Origin: Pelomyxa schiedti
Lineage: Eukaryota; Protista; Evosea
Length of the DNA: 64,000 nucleotides
Assembly: GCA_020536535.1 (NCBI GenBank)
Contig: JAHLWZ010000113.1
Coordinates: forward strand, 1 to 64,000
Reading direction: 5' to 3'
Shown here: positions 1 through 12,916 of the stretch, in pieces
How positions within the stretch are numbered: the stretch's first letter is position 1
Layout of the letters: each line of letters starts with the position of its first letter
Translations under genes and position numbers: made by a program
The notes under the pieces: generated by a model
The model's input: the letters and a program-made list of their open reading frames with translations, nothing else
Told to the model about the DNA's origin: nothing
Databases searched by the model: none

Positions 1-8
1 CAACACAA

Positions 9-2246
9 TCATCTCTTCAAACCACCAGTTGTAGCAGTGGCTCTCAATGTTGTAGTTGATGTTGATGATGCATAAGCAGAGGTTGCTCTCAATGTTGTAG
101 TAGAAGCCAGGCTGTTTTTAGTTGAAAATGTGGGCCCTCTAGGAGTGCCAGAGACTCTGAGGAGTTTGGCCTTGTTGCGTGTGAAGTGGGTTGGTGGTTT
201 GACAGCAACAAGGCGCACTTCCCATTCCTCCTCGAGTTTCTTCTCTACTTCCCGTTGCGCTTGTGCCTCCAGAAGCCGTTCCCGCGCTCGTTCTTTGCGC
301 TCTTCCTGCCAGGCTTGTATCAACCGGTCTCGCTCTTTCTGTGCGGAAATTTTGTCTTGTAGCCACCTGTGGTTTGATTTTAGAATCGGTAAGAAAAGGA
401 AAAGAACCCCGTACTTGGTATAAGCATCCCCAGTGGATGATGAATTTGATGGAATCGGAGGGTTATCAACAACCTGTCATAGTGAGAAATATATTTTGAA
501 GGTTGGGGGAAGTACCGTTGTGGTTTTTACATTAGCGGTTTTAGGAACTGTCGAGGGAGTGGTGCGGGTTTGAGGTGGATGGGGTGGTTTAGTGTTAGAT
601 GGTTTCGCGCTGGCTTTGATGCAGGGTTGAGCGTTTGTATCTGTACAAGGAGGTGAAGGCAACTCGGTGTTCGATGGCGGCTTCTTTTGTGTCACAGCAA
701 CTGGTTCACTCTGTTTGAAAGTGCTCACTTTCATGCTGGGAAGTGGTTTTTTGTCCTTGGTTGTGTTGGTGGCTCCTGTTTTTGGGTCGGGTCTACTTTT
801 TTGGGTGTTATTTACTGTCGTGTCCAACTTTGGTGGGAGGGGCTGCTTTTTGCTGACTTTGATTGGTTCTGGGGTATTCACATTTTTGTCTTTCGTTTTG
901 GGAGCTGGGGTGGTTACTGAAAATTTCGGGAGAGCAGGTTTAGTAGTGTTTTGAACTGGGCAGGATGCTGTGTTGCTCGTTGGTTGCGGAATATTTTTAG
1001 ATCGAGCAGGCGAAGAATTCCTTCTTACAGTAGCCGATTTGTCTGTCACAGTTGTTGTGGTTGTGGATACCTTAACGTTGCTAACCTTGGTTGATTTGGA
1101 CTTCCCCGCGATAGACAAAGATACTTGACTGCCAGGTTGAGGGGAAGAGGAAACCGGAGAAGATTTCTTTGTATTCTGCTTCACGGCAACTTTGCCTCTT
1201 ACTGGTGACGCCATCTTGCTAGCAGGCTTTATTTGATTCTGTGGTTTCCCCACAGGTTTGGTATGCGAAATTTTTACATCTTGTTCTGAGTGATCAACAG
1301 AGTCAAAATCCTTCGCATCGTAGGAAGAAGACACATCAACTTTCACTTGGTCATCTGTTGTGGCATCTTTGAGTTCTTCAGTGAGATTTGGTGCCTCTGT
1401 TAATTTAATGGCATTATGGTGGGGTGAATCAAAAATTACAACTGTGTTGTCATCATGGTGGAACTTGGTTGCAACTGGAATCATATCTTCACCCAGTATA
1501 CACAAACCATCATCATCTATGTCTTCAAAGGGAGCCAGTTGCGAGTCCCCAGGATCTGAAGAGTGCACTTCCGGCTTGTTCTCAGATTCTGTAGCATCAA
1601 TACCATCACTTGTAGTTACAGCAACTAGCATGGCCTCATCACGTTTCTCGGATTTAATCAGTAGGTCTTCAACGACTTGTTGGGTGCTGGAATCTGCAGT
1701 CAAAGTTGGCCCGGTTGTGAGAGAATCAAGTCCAGGGGTTGGCAACTTGTCCTCTTTGATTACAGCGGCATTAGGGGGCTCAAGTTGGTCCCCCAGGTGA
1801 GGCGTAGAGACATTGGCATCAACCGGCACATCGGCAGGAGAAATTTCTTGGGACTTGGAATCAGAACCTTCCTCGACAATTGTTCCCAAGGAGCTTTCAC
1901 GCTTCTGATGGTCCTTATCATGGGTTTTGGTTTGTGCAGTAGTCTGCTTCTGTGAATCGTATATCTCGGAAAACGTGTCCACACTCAAAGTAGCGGCTCC
2001 GTCGAACAGCACCACACCCTGGGTCTCCGGCGGCTTGTTCTTAAAACTATTATGGGTGTTACTGTTGGCGTCGTTACGTGTTCTGCCGTGCTCGTCGCCC
2101 TTTTCAGAACCAACAACCTCGTCGACGACAGGTTTACGGCCAGACGACTGCTTCGCGAAACGCATGGAGGTAGTAGTTGATGTGACTGTCGAATTATGGG
2201 AGGTAACCACAGTCGAAGCAGCTGGGCCGTCACTGCTGCCGTTCAT
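9..2246 (-). CDS. Hypothetical low-complexity (S/T/P/K/D-rich) protein with C-terminal coiled coil; 2 introns
   Basis: ORF 477..2321 (likely ATG 2246, MNGSSDG) splices via two GT-AG introns near 350-515 into the WLQDKISAQKERDRLIQAWQEERKERARERLLEAQ exon ending at 9. No recognisable domain. Confidence 0.6.
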
Positions 2247-2790
2247 TGTTGGTTTCAGTTGATTCTTGTTTTTACGAAAATATTTCCTGTAACGATGGTC
2301 CAAGATGATCCCCTTACACATTCTGGGTTCTGATTCTGAAGGATCATGGACACACTCTTTTCAACACAAGATAGTGGTGTAAGCTGGATAGAAAAGGGTG
2401 TTGGCAAAGCAGGAGGCACCCAACCTGGAAGGCACCAACCTGGCGATAGATTAGACAGATAGTTCCGTCGGCTCTGACGTCAAGACACCCCTCAATTCAC
2501 CCAATAGACCAAGGCAACCTTGTTACTTGAGCATCGCTTTGACACCCAGTCTTTCTACAAGTGTCTACACCGTGAAACTTCAACAAGATAACCTGGAGGT
2601 CCTTTTCGGGGTCCTGACAAAGGGTGCGCTAGTATACTTTTCCAAGTTGGCAACTTTATGACAGACTTGGTAACTTAGGGAACTTTTTGTCGCCGAGCTC
2701 CGGCGCACAGAAATGTTTGCGATTCTCCAAAAATGAGTTTTCATTTCAAACATTTTAAAAAACCAAGAACACAAACCCCAACCAAATCCA

Positions 2791-4302
2791 ATGCCAGGAA
2801 GAAAAAGGAAAGCCACAAGAGATGCCTCAGTGCCCAATGAAGATGATGCCACATGTGACGAACACGCAACAGGCCGCCGAGTCCCCAAGCAAAGTTCCAC
2901 CCAGACAACCAAGATGCGGAATTCAGCCCCGCTCAATCCCGCCGTTCCCAGCGGGCCCTCCAAGAACGCTGCCCCGGCGTCCCCAGGGGCCTCCACGACG
3001 GCGGTTGTATCTCCCCAGGCCTCGCCATCTCCCCCACGTGGAGGAGCCAAGAAGGCGTGCAAGAAGAGGACGGAGGTGAGGCTGCTGGAGACGCTCAACG
3101 ACACCTTTCCTTGTGAGCCGCACAGTGTGTCTGGGAACTCTCGGCGTGATTATGCTGGTAATGACTGGCTGAAACTGATAACGACGGACCCGGGCTTTCG
3201 CGAAATGATACAGGAGAAGCAGAGCAAACAAGCAAGCCTGAAGGTATATGTTCCTCGTGGACAGCAGGATAGGATAATGATTGGAACCGATGAGTGCATA
3301 TGTAGCATGAAGGCCAGGAGCAGAAACTGGGAGGATCCTCCCACAAAAGAAGACTGCAATCAATGGCGGGTACTCAAAACTAAACTTCCCAACCAGCACA
3401 TTAGTTTCGTCAGTATGTAATGAATGTTTCATTTTACCTTTGATAAAGAATTCGTACTAGGGGAAAACCCGGGGACTGGTGTCCTCCCATTCATCTACAT
3501 TATGAATACTAGCAAAGTAAGTGTCGGGGAACTGGTACTCAGGGTCTCTGAATTCAAGCTGGATGGAACTTGGGAGCAACAGTTTGTTGGTATCTACCAT
3601 TGCCCCAGATTAAGTGCGGTTTCTCACGTCATTCCAGAAGTGCCGCCACAGTTTAAAAGAAGAACTGAAGACTCGGAACCACACGTAGCGGACGATGAAA
3701 CTCTAAGTCCGGGTGAGGAACCAGTCCTTGATATGGAGTCACAACAATCCCCGGAACCATTACCAATCCAAGACGAAGCCGGAGTCCAACAACAAGAAGA
3801 TACTAGTGACATCAGGCCTATATCCGAGGTCTCACCTCCAATTTCAGAACCAATTCCGCTGCAACATCAACCGCAGACAGTGGTGTTTGATCCATTCGTG
3901 CCTGCAGTTGCAATTACGTCATCGGAGGAGGCCCACCCGGCTCTGATTGAAGGCGACACCGACGAGGCTGCCGCGGCTCGGATGAACGACTCAGAAAAGT
4001 CGTCGTGGAATAACAAAAATGGCAACGAAGTTGACGCACAACAAGAGGGATTTTGTGGTGCCGAACAGCCAGAGGGAACCGAAATTCGCGGCGAATTTCG
4101 GTGCACAAACGCTGGGGATCTCTTCAGTGGCGTGCCTGCAGTTGCTCCGCCGTTGACTTTTGCGGAGGGCATTGCCAACCAAAACGAGTGTGGTGCCCAA
4201 CCGCCAGTATGCTACTACGACGTGGGGGATTTCTTTGATCTGTTTGACGAACTGCATCCCCCGTTTGAAGGATACACTCCCACCAGCTTCTGGGAAGATT
4301 AG
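2791..4302 (+). CDS. Hypothetical nuclear protein (basic NLS-like N-terminus, acidic C-terminus); 1 intron
   Basis: ORFs 2791..3420 and 3424..4302 are joined by a 36-nt GT-AG intron (3413..3448). Starts MPGRKRK and ends FFDLFDELHPPFEGYTPTSFWED. Confidence 0.65.
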
Positions 4303-4466
4303 CCACAGCAGTTTGCACTCTAAAGTAGACATAAATTAACACAAGAGCTGTACATTGTACTTTTCCTTTCCCTTTCTACAACATTGCATTTCATCAAATG
4401 GCTGCCGAAAGGGCGTTTGTAGCAACAACCACGCAACCACGGGTGTGTCCCGTAAACAAAGGAAAT

Positions 4467-4510
4467 ATGTCCCGAGCACTTTAAGAATGTCCCTGAGCAC
4501 TTTGAGAATG
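4467..4510 (+). repeat. About 21-bp imperfect tandem duplication spanning the 6PGD start region
   Basis: ATGTCCCGAGCACTTTAAGA followed by ATGTCCCTGAGCACTTTGAGA then ATG. Confidence 0.85.
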
Positions 4511-6424
4511 ACAACTGAGCCAGGAGGTGTTGTTGCCCAAGCGTCGTCCAAGGGGGAGGGGGCAAGCGACAGGATCGGCGTTGGTGACGTGGCAGTGGCT
4601 GGGCTCGGAGTTATGGGATGCAACTTGGCCTTGAACATACTGAGCCGGGGTTACGTCGTTTCGGTATGGAACCGGTCGCCTGATAGGACGAGGGCCTTTA
4701 TGAAACGCGCTGGTGACGTCAATGCAATTGTCTGCTGGTCCCCGGGTATTTTATACTTTTAGTTTGCTGTGCTACTGAATGTAGTAATGTTGAAGGAAGT
4801 AAGAGTGTGATGTTTATTACATCCATATGGAAAACAAACCTAACTCAGTTAACAGCTGCACTGTGTAAGTCACTAAAAACTCCTCGGAAAATTATAATGA
4901 TGGTGGTTGCTGGTTCTCCTGTTGATGGTGTGCCTTTTGCCATCATCGTTAAGTTCTTCAAACTCTAAATTGAATTTCTCCTGTAGACTTGATCAAAAGT
5001 CTCGTTGGTTATCTCTCACCTGGAGACGTTTTGATTGATGGCGGAAACTCACACTTTATGGACACAGAAAAGAGGCAGGAAGACCTTGCCAAACGTGGAA
5101 TTCTGTTTGTTGGAATGGGGGTTTCTGGTGGGGAGGACGGCGCTTTACATGGCCCCAGTATTATGCCAGGAGGTTCGGAGAAAGCTTGGCCACTGGTAAT
5201 TCTGTCTCTAACAACCCTGTCTTATCAACCAACAGGTATCAAAAATTCTCCAAGACTGTGCAGCCGTAGTTACAGAGGACAAAAGCAAACCTTGTTGTGA
5301 TTGGATTGGTCCTGGCGGAGCTGGGCATTTTGTCAAGATGGTACATAACGGAATAGAATATGGGGACATGCAACTTGTATGTCTTTAGAGTCGTTTTAGT
5401 TTCTTTTACCTTGACTCTCAGATTTGCGAGGCATACTGGCTCCTCAAGAATGTCGCCAACTTGGGCAATGATGAAATAGCAGATGTATTTTCAGAGTGGA
5501 ATAAAGGCGATCTGTCTAGTTACCTTATTGAGATAACAGCCCTCGTTCTTCGAGTTCGGGATCCTCAATCCAATGCGTATGTCGTGGATAGCATATTGGA
5601 CACGGCTGAGCAAAAGGGAACTGGGAGATGGACAGTTGCAGCAGCTTTAGAGGACAATGTACCTGTTACATTAATCGCAGAAGCAGTTTTTGCAAGGTGC
5701 AAAACTCTCACGACTTTGTTTTTCTTTTGCACTTATCGCGCAAAAAAAGGTTCGTTAGTGCACTCAAAGCTGAGCGTGTAGCTGCATCAAAATTATTTCC
5801 CGCCCCCCCACCTCTGCAGTTATTGGATAAAGGGAAGTTTGTTTCCAATGTCAGAGATGCATTATTTGCTTCAAGACTAGTTTCGTATGCGCAAGGCTTT
5901 TCATTGATGCGTTCTGCAGCAACGGTTTATCTCCTTTATGTATTATTCAGTTCTTTTAACCTTTGACCCAGCGATACAAGTGGAATCTCAACTATAATAC
6001 TATTGCTAATACCTGGCGTGGAGGTTGCATCATTCGCTCTCGTCTCCTCTCATCAATTTCAGCAGCCTTTTGCGCCAACCCCAACCTAACAAGCCTCCTC
6101 AGTGACACTGGAGAACCTGTATCCACAGAATCCGGCACCACATCACCACCGATAGGAGGACTAGCCGGAATTATTTCCAAGTGCCTAGAGGGATGGCGAT
6201 CCACTGTATGCCACTGCGTCAAAGCCGGAATTCCCAGCCCCGCAATGCAATCAGCCCTGTCATTCTTTGATGGATACCGGAGTGAGACCCTGCCAGCCAA
6301 CCTACTCCAGGCCCAAAGGGACTTCTTTGGAGCTCATACATTCGAGAGAGCCAGTGCCCCAGGAAAACACCAACACTTTGACTGGTCCAAAGCAAGTGTG
6401 AGTGACACTTCAAAATTCCCTTGA
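4487..6424 (+). CDS. PGD: 6-phosphogluconate dehydrogenase, decarboxylating; 6 introns (start 4487 or 4508)
   Basis: [82 protein letters not shown] and [14 protein letters not shown] motifs. Confidence 0.97.
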
Positions 6425-6533
6425 ATGAATTGTTGTTTGTGGTGGCTACTGAATTGGGAAGATAACTTTTTTTCCTTTTTGTTTGTTTTGGTTGTAGTGG
6501 TTGGGTGGGAAATAAAGAAAGGTCTTTCTTGGT

Positions 6534-8657
6534 CTATGAGCCGGAATCAGAATCATGAGAGTCACCAGAGTCGGGGGTGCGTGATCGAGCAGGAGGCATC
6601 TTGGATCGCCCAAGACAGATTTTGACCTTCCCCTTGCTCTTGGGTGGGGGGGAGGCACTGCCGCTGCCGCCGGAATCGCTGTCATTAGAGCTTGAAGCTC
6701 CATCTCCCTCATCACTGTAGGCACCTGAATCAGAGTCGGAGCCACTGGAGAAACCAAAGTCATCATCTGGGTTCGTTTGGGATTAGTGGAAGTCGTATGT
6801 TTGGTTTTGTTCTTGCCGTCTGCATCGCATTTCGCATGGAATGATGCCTTCTTGGCCATCACCTGTGTTGATTTACGGGACGCCTTCATCTCTGCCAGAA
6901 CCTTGTCTGCCCGGGTGATAAGTCTGTGTGGATTTAGGTCATAGGAGGGAATGGAATAAGCTCTACTTTGCAATGCGTCCAGTCTTATCTATTGCTGCTG
7001 TCGCCCTGAGAGAGGTAAGAAGGGCTTCCTTCATTGTTATGGCCTCCGCTTTATTGCCCCGAGTGAGTAGCTGTGATATCTCGGCATCCTACATCTTCTT
7101 AGAGTCTCAGATAGGGAAAAGAAGAGCTATACCATTGTGGCTGCATTTTGAATAGCAAGAGCAACTGTAACCTGTGGGTTTCTTTCCTGCATGAGACGTT
7201 TGTCCTCAGTAAACGTAATGTCAACTGAGCCGGTCATCTCGGCCAATGCACCTGCAAATTGTTTTATTAAACTAATCCATCTAAAGGAAACTAACCACTG
7301 GAGGTGCTTGTGTAAGCTAGAGTAAATTCAAGGATTTTGACCCCGGGGCTGGCCCTACTTGCAGTCTCAGAACCAAGCTCAAGTTGAAGAAGAATTTGTT
7401 TTGTGGAATCCTCGTGGAGATCACCAATCTGAATGCCAGATATCAGCTCCCTTTCATCTAATGGGAATTAGAAACTGCCTCCTGAACTGTTTGAGGCAGT
7501 GCGTACCATGTCCGAAAACTTTTGAAACAATGGCACCGTTCTTTCCTTGTACCTGAATTGTGGCTGAAGTTCCAATAGTTCCCAACAGGCCGTGGATGGC
7601 CTACAATATATGAGCTCTTTGAACAGGGAATTGAAAGGTATACCTTGGACATGGTGGCAGGAATACTTTTGCAATCCGCAATGAAAAAGTATTCACCTTT
7701 ACCTCCAGTAGAAATCCCTAATAGAGATTAAATGTGTTCATCAGTAAAAAAAAAGAAAATACCTTGCATTAAAGCTGTATTGACACCATCTCCTATCCCA
7801 AATGTAGTTGTGGTGATTCCTCTCCTCTCTAGCATCTCCTTTGCCTTGTCATGTAAACCATCAGGTGAATCCTCCCCATCTTTTTTGTTTTTCAGTAAAA
7901 GAAACGGGGGAAGTGGGGACGACCAGAGAATAACATCAACCGTTGCATTTTTGCGGCAACCGCTGTCCGCTCAGTAGGTTGTACGGAAATGCAGTTATAC
8001 CCAGCAATAAGGCCAGTCATAATGGATGTGCCACCAGAAGCTACTAAGTTTCGCACTCTTTCTTTGAGGGTCTCCTTTTGAGTAAGGTCTCCATTCTGGA
8101 ACACTGTTCGTGCTGTTGAATCATAAGTCACAAGGTGGATGGCATCAGTGGGTTCCCTAGTATTGAGGTGAAAAAGTTTATCAATAATCTAATTTAGAGA
8201 AATGCTCACAAGTGTTTGATGACTTTCTTCACAGCTCTCTTGGCATTTTTGATTCGTGGTCCTTGCTAAAGGAAATAAGAAAGGAAAATAACGAACTTTG
8301 GTTTAAGCACCATTGAGCCACTTCTGTCCACCACCTTTGTAAAGAAATTAGAGGAGAAAGAAACGAAAAAAACAGTCCACTGACCAAAGCAAGTTCCAAA
8401 GCAGGTCTTGCAATAACAACTTTTCCAGTGGCAACTTGCAGCAGCACCTTACGGCGGCGTTACTCCATGCACGATTGGCAACAACAAAGGGGAAGGAATA
8501 CAAAAAAAAGAAAAAAAAGAAAAAAAAAGAAAAGAAAAAAAGCAAGATAAACAAAGCGTCGTACCTCGATTTTATTTACAACACCACGTAGTGCATGGTT
8601 GTAGCCAGGAATAGGCGTTACGTGCACCAGTGGCTGACAGATCTCAACAGCCGCCAT
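6534..8657 (-). CDS. von Willebrand factor A (VWA) domain protein with acidic S/D-rich tail; multi-exon
   Basis: MIDAS motif VVDRSGSM, SGGTSIM, LFTDGE and TTTFGIG. The true last exon (DDDFGFSSGSDSDSG...DSDSGS*) needs the GC-AG intron 6767..6816. Confidence 0.85.
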
Positions 8658-8898
8658 CCTTTGCCTCTCTGCTCTTGTCCTTTTTTAATTTTTGTAATCG
8701 ACTTTTGAGGAGCTGGCCCTTAAAAACCCATCAGCGAAATCCTCTTTAGGCAGGCAGATTTGTATGCGAACCGTTTTCTTTAGAACCAGTGGTTTTCAAG
8801 CGAACAACGAACAAACAGGCCTGTCGGCGAGACAATAACAAACGCGTTCGAAATGTGCATGTGTATGTATGCGAGTGCACACATTTTTAAAAATGTTG

Positions 8899-10340
8899 TT
8901 AGTCAAGAAGGCAAATGGATGACATTGCCAGGAAGAAGGTAAATGCTAGAACCCACTTTAAGAGGTGATCGCTTGGGACTGTGAATGACTCCAACAGTAA
9001 TTCGGCTGTGCTTATGTACAAAAAAGTTCCTATCTCGTGGTAAGTCTCATTGCTTAAAAAGCGAAATGAAAGGAATTTCTAGGATTAATTATACTTGCTT
9101 TGTATATTGAAGGGGTATCACCTGAGGCTATTGCATTCAAGGAACCTTGTACATAAAGCGCAGTACTGCCGTGCACAATGTTGTCGATAAGAGCACCGCA
9201 GAATACTCCACACGGGGTGATTAGAGAATAGATCACAATTAAAGCAACAATCAGAGCCAGCTTCCTTTTCTTTCCATCAGATGTCACACAGCTGACGGAG
9301 TCAACAGAATGGTCAGCAGAAACTCGGTGACAGTCATCACAATTATGACAGTGAGACCTACAAGCGCAGTCCGCACTCCAAGTAACAACAGGGGAAGAAG
9401 GTATATCCTCGGAGAGCACCGGCACTGGCTGTGGTGAACTAACAGCGGATACTTGCTTGAGTTTTGCCTGGACTTGAGGGTAGAGGCACAGCATCAGCCC
9501 GATAGTCAGTGCCCCTGATTCGGCCCACTTGTGTGCTATTATCGCTGCAGCTGTAGCACTGATGTCTCCGAAAGTATCCTGCACACCCATTGCCAGCCCC
9601 TCGATGAATGAATGAGCACTGCGCAAACCCGGAATTAGGATCAAAATAAATCAATTAAGGCAGCCAAACCTAAGTGCAACTGTGAGAACAATGCTCGAGA
9701 CAAGGGGCTTGGCGGGAGATCCGGGTTCACGTCCCCTTATTGGCTTGTATAGCAAGCTATCAGTCTCCGAGTTCTTTTGAGGTTCTACCCTTTGAACAGC
9801 ATGATAGGAACCATTCTCAATCTCCACACATTCTCTCTGCTCTTGGCTCTGGTGTTGCTGCGGTGCGCAAATTCTTTCAGCGAACATCACTCCAAAGAAG
9901 CCACATCCACACAGTGCAAGTGCTAGAGGGTATTTGCTAGTCCATACCTGACCTAACTGCCTTATTGCATCCAGAAGCATATGGCACAATCCTGCCTTGT
10001 TTGACATTACAATCACAATCACAATTCACTATCTCATTCTCCTCTCAACACCCCCTCGCGCACCCATAATGCATTTCCGCCGCATCCAGTCCCCTCCCCT
10101 CCCCTACAAAATCCAACGACAAACTAACAAATGCTAGGCCACTCGGCACAGTACAGAAACGAAATAGCTGTAACATACTGACAAGAACAATCCCCCGGCA
10201 GCCGCGTTGGCAACCGACATTATGCGCTCCGACCGGCCAAACCGTCGCAGCAGCAAGGGCACCAACCCTCCCATAAGTGTCTCGGCCCCAATCACCCCCG
10301 CGTACATGCACTTGGCCGCGATTGGAGTCATCCCGCCCAT
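8899..10340 (-). CDS. ZIP (SLC39) family zinc/metal transporter; 3 introns
   Basis: AAAGGLFLS/AGLCHML, AHSFIEGLAMG, IIAHKWAE, TPCGVFCG and ASGTFLYISTAELL signature segments. Confidence 0.93.
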
Positions 10341-10538
10341 CGTCAAATGTGTAACTTAAAAAATCTCTCCCCGGCTACCTCCTTGACCCTGAGTGTAAGA
10401 TCTGCAAAACCAAAAACATCAACCAAGATGCGCGTGGTGCAGTGGAAATAGAAATTGAGAACACCTCTCCACACGTGATTTCCTTAAGAAAATCAAAAAA
10501 AGGCCATGTGGTTTTTTTCAATCCTTTTGTTTTGAGGT

Positions 10539-12814
10539 TTAGAGAAGAAGCTTGGGGATGTTCCATATATTCTGGTCTGTGACTGTGACAACAGGAATGC
10601 CAAGAATGTCCCCAAAGTATGCCACAGCATCCTTACTTACAGCATAGAGGTTGTGACATGACTCACTGAGGCTGGTGGCATCAACCATGCGGAAAGCAGC
10701 CCCGGCCGCACTCATTTCCTGCTGAACTGGGTCCCAGGTGAATATCTGAGGGGTGCCAAACAGAGTGCCGTTTAGCACGCCGGCCTGGCCGGACTCTTCA
10801 ATGGAAAGTAACACATTCTGTGGTTGGGTGAGTAAGGAAGAAGGTGGTGGAATGTACCAGGTGACTGTATCCGTATTTTCCAAGCCAGTGCTGGTAGTTT
10901 TCCGGTAATGAGGGGGGTGGTTGATTGCTATCAAGTTCCTTTAAAAGTGCTGGCAAGAGCAATAGGAAGCTTTCTGCAAGAAGCTGGTTGCCAATGAGTA
11001 TGCTGAAATGAGTTTAAGGAGGTAACTGTATCAGGGGATGATGATCCGAGATTAATTGTAGCCGCCATTCCAAGCTTCAATTCGGGTATAAAGGCAACAT
11101 TTGACCCAAAGCCACCAACAAGGCCGCCTATGATTGCCTTCAGAAGTAGAGTGGTTATGGGGAAAAGAGCCTTTGGTAATAGTATTGAATCCATTTGCAT
11201 AAACGTCTTCAAAAGTGCCAAGACCATAACCACTAACCCCGTCTGGCATAGGTGTGCCTGACATCTTGAACATGTTTGAGCGATCATCACCAACTGGTGA
11301 TTCTCCGCTTCACAGGGTCAGAGGAGTAGGGCTTTTTGAATTGATACCCAAGAACAGCGTTGTGCAAAAATTTTAAAAGATCAGAGATACTAGAATACAT
11401 TCCCCCGCACGGAGCAGACCATCCCTGTTCCTCAGTGTTATATGCATATTCAACTTGGTTTCCTTGAGCATTTAGAGTGTCTTGTGAAAATGTCAGGTTT
11501 CTTTTGGTGGAACAACACAGTACAGCCAGTTGCCATTCTATTCTTTACATCGTCTGTGTAATGAAATCCTGAAGAATTCATCCCCATTGGTGACAATAAT
11601 TGGTCAACAATGATATCTTCGTAGGTACCAGCGTACTGGGCATGTCATTACGCTTTGGAACTAACGGTTTAACACACAGCTCTTTCAAGGCAATGCCCCA
11701 TAAGAGAAAGCCCAAAGTTAGAATAGTGGGGTTGCACAAATGGCGGGTAGAGCAAAAGCATTGCATTGATGTATTCAAATATCTGCACAAGGTAAAAAAG
11801 AAATATTTAAGCCATCTTGTTACAATTGACTCGTTATATCCACAATTGAATGCCTGGCAGGGTGCTTCTCGTGGAAGTCCGCTTGTGTGAGTAGATAGAC
11901 TGTGGGTTCTTTTAGTGCTATACTGGATTGGAGACTGACAACCTGTGCATACATACACCGCTGAGGTCGTTTCCATAAGGATTCTTAATGTCAAATATAG
12001 GTGGAGCTTCTTGGTTATAGAATTTGGTGACGGGATCATCGAGGTGAACAATGCCATCGGTGATGCCCTTCATCAGAAGAACTGATGAAAAATAAGATTA
12101 AGAAAGTGCAAAGGAAGGAAAATAACGTGTTGTGAAGACTTTAGTAATAGAACCGACATTCCTAAGGAGATTGCAAATGTCATCTTAAAAGGTTACATTC
12201 ATTTTATTATATTTCCAACATCTATTAATACTTAATAGACGAAGGAATAGCCTACCAAATTGTGTCTCCATCAGGGGCTACATCCGAGTCCATAGAAACA
12301 GTGCCTCCGCCTAACAACATTTCATCAGAATCATGTATTATTGAAGCAATGTAGCGTGATACCTTCCAAAAAGATGACTTCTCCATTGTAGATGATACCA
12401 AGGCCCATTCCAAGTTTCAAACCATATCTGAGCTTATATTCCATGATCTGATTAGTGTAGGTTTTGTTGTTGTTTTTGAGGTAGGGATCAAGGGCCAAAA
12501 AAGCCAAAGGAGAAGTATACAAATTCTTGCAGCAGGGAAGAAATTTCTTTGAGAGCCAAGGAGACAGGACCTTTTTCAGATAAGGACACGGGTGGGACAT
12601 CCCTATAATCTCTTGGGCACGGGGGCCCAGCCTGCCAGCTGTACCACGTCCAATTGGCCCAACTTGGGTTCTCCCCCGCGGACTGGCCCCACGCCGACGA
12701 CATCCTCTCCACCGGGTCGATGAGCACGCGCTGCGCTCTCTCGCCCACTGCATTATGGGATCCAATCACCAACGCCACGCACAACAACGAGACCACACCA
12801 CCTAGCCCTGTCAT
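10539..12814 (-). CDS. Secreted beta-lactamase-family (class C/LACTB-like) serine hydrolase; multi-exon
   Basis: Hydrophobic N-terminus (MTGLGGVVSLLCVALVIG), SxxK motif GSITKVFT, THTSGLPRE, YSNFG and K/GGLVGGF. Confidence 0.88.
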
Positions 12815-12916
12815 CAGCCCGAAAAAACAAAAAATGAACTTCTCAACTGCTACTGTACCGTAGTACATCCATTTCGTGAAAAGAAACAATTTTGACGATT
12901 TGATTGCGCGGGGAGA

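Noticed and set aside
2400-2710. 15-bp direct repeat (2414-2442), TGACGTCA, small hairpins and an Sm-like tract in the divergent intergenic region
   Set aside because: Too short and unspecific to call an ncRNA or regulatory element.
6395-6424. PTS1-like SKF near the 6PGD C-terminus
   Set aside because: Followed by Pro before the stop (SKFP*), so it is not a terminal tripeptide.
6446-6766. ORF-track C-terminus of the VWA gene (MMTLVSP...FPIQ)
   Set aside because: The alternative frame gives a coherent acidic tail via a GC-AG intron with a CTAAT branch site.
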